Below, piece after piece: positions 45,057 through 45,137 of a DNA stretch of 45,137 nucleotides (its first letter is position 1; each line of letters begins with the position of its first letter). Source of the stretch: Acidobacteriota bacterium (GTDB taxonomy: Bacteria; Acidobacteriota; Blastocatellia; Pyrinomonadales; Pyrinomonadaceae); the NCBI GenBank assembly GCA_046733615.1, contig JBKPPP010000004.1:1-45137 (forward strand), in the 5' to 3' direction. A model generated the notes under the pieces. That model was not told where the DNA came from. It made no database searches and saw nothing but the letters and a program-made list of their open reading frames with translations. The translations under genes were made by a program, and so were the position numbers.

Positions 45057-45137
45057 GACAATCGAAGTACCTATTTGCGAGAGATGAAGGCAGGGAGCCT
45101 TCAACGGATGACGATCTCGGTCCTTTGCGAGAGTCCG

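Noticed and set aside
1-45137. CRISPR arrays, rRNA genes, transposase/integrase genes, cytochrome c maturation genes
   Set aside because: None seen. No regularly spaced 25-40 nt repeats, no rRNA-like stretches and no DDE/tyrosine-recombinase-like ORFs. No ccm/ResBC-like ORFs among the translated frames.

Overview
High-GC bacterial chromosomal window. The gene content suggests a soil Acidobacteriota-like organism: a PEP-CTERM protein, a Ser/Thr kinase with TolB-like propeller, PadR and DUF4214. This taxonomic guess is inference only. Positions 1-18.6 kb hold housekeeping and regulatory genes: a ROK kinase fragment, a GH31 alpha-glucosidase, ppk1 with DUF4956 and an ApaH-like phosphatase, and a sigma54 NtrC-type regulator with a PAS hybrid histidine kinase. 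A putative sigma54-driven operon follows (SQR/NDH-2-like flavoprotein, tandem USP, GCS2-CBS fusion). The standout is 19.5-32.5 kb, where eleven co-directional genes sit behind a Crp/Fnr regulator and a perfect TGTGA-N6-TCACA site. They encode an MtrA/DmsE-like decaheme, an MtrB/PioB-like 730-aa barrel, a Tat-Rieske protein and a b6-type cytochrome b. They also encode a membrane-anchored nonaheme, three c7/c3-type multihemes and a monoheme c. The last two genes encode a nonaheme-cytochrome b fusion (CbcL-like) and a 3-TM NapC/NirT-like multiheme (ImcH-like). I count 57 CXXCH motifs plus two atypical ones (CX5CH, CX3CH). The last three genes have their own near-consensus sigma54 promoter, and its upstream motif is shared with the 14.4 kb promoter. 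The right part carries DUF4214, an OMP, an APC permease, an amidohydrolase, DinB, a decaying series of kinase paralogs and PadR. It ends in an AT-richer, poorly coding 2 kb stretch with a 3' tRNA-Leu(UAA) fragment and short repeat clusters, suggesting an old integration site. All calls rest on motifs read by eye; no searches were run.
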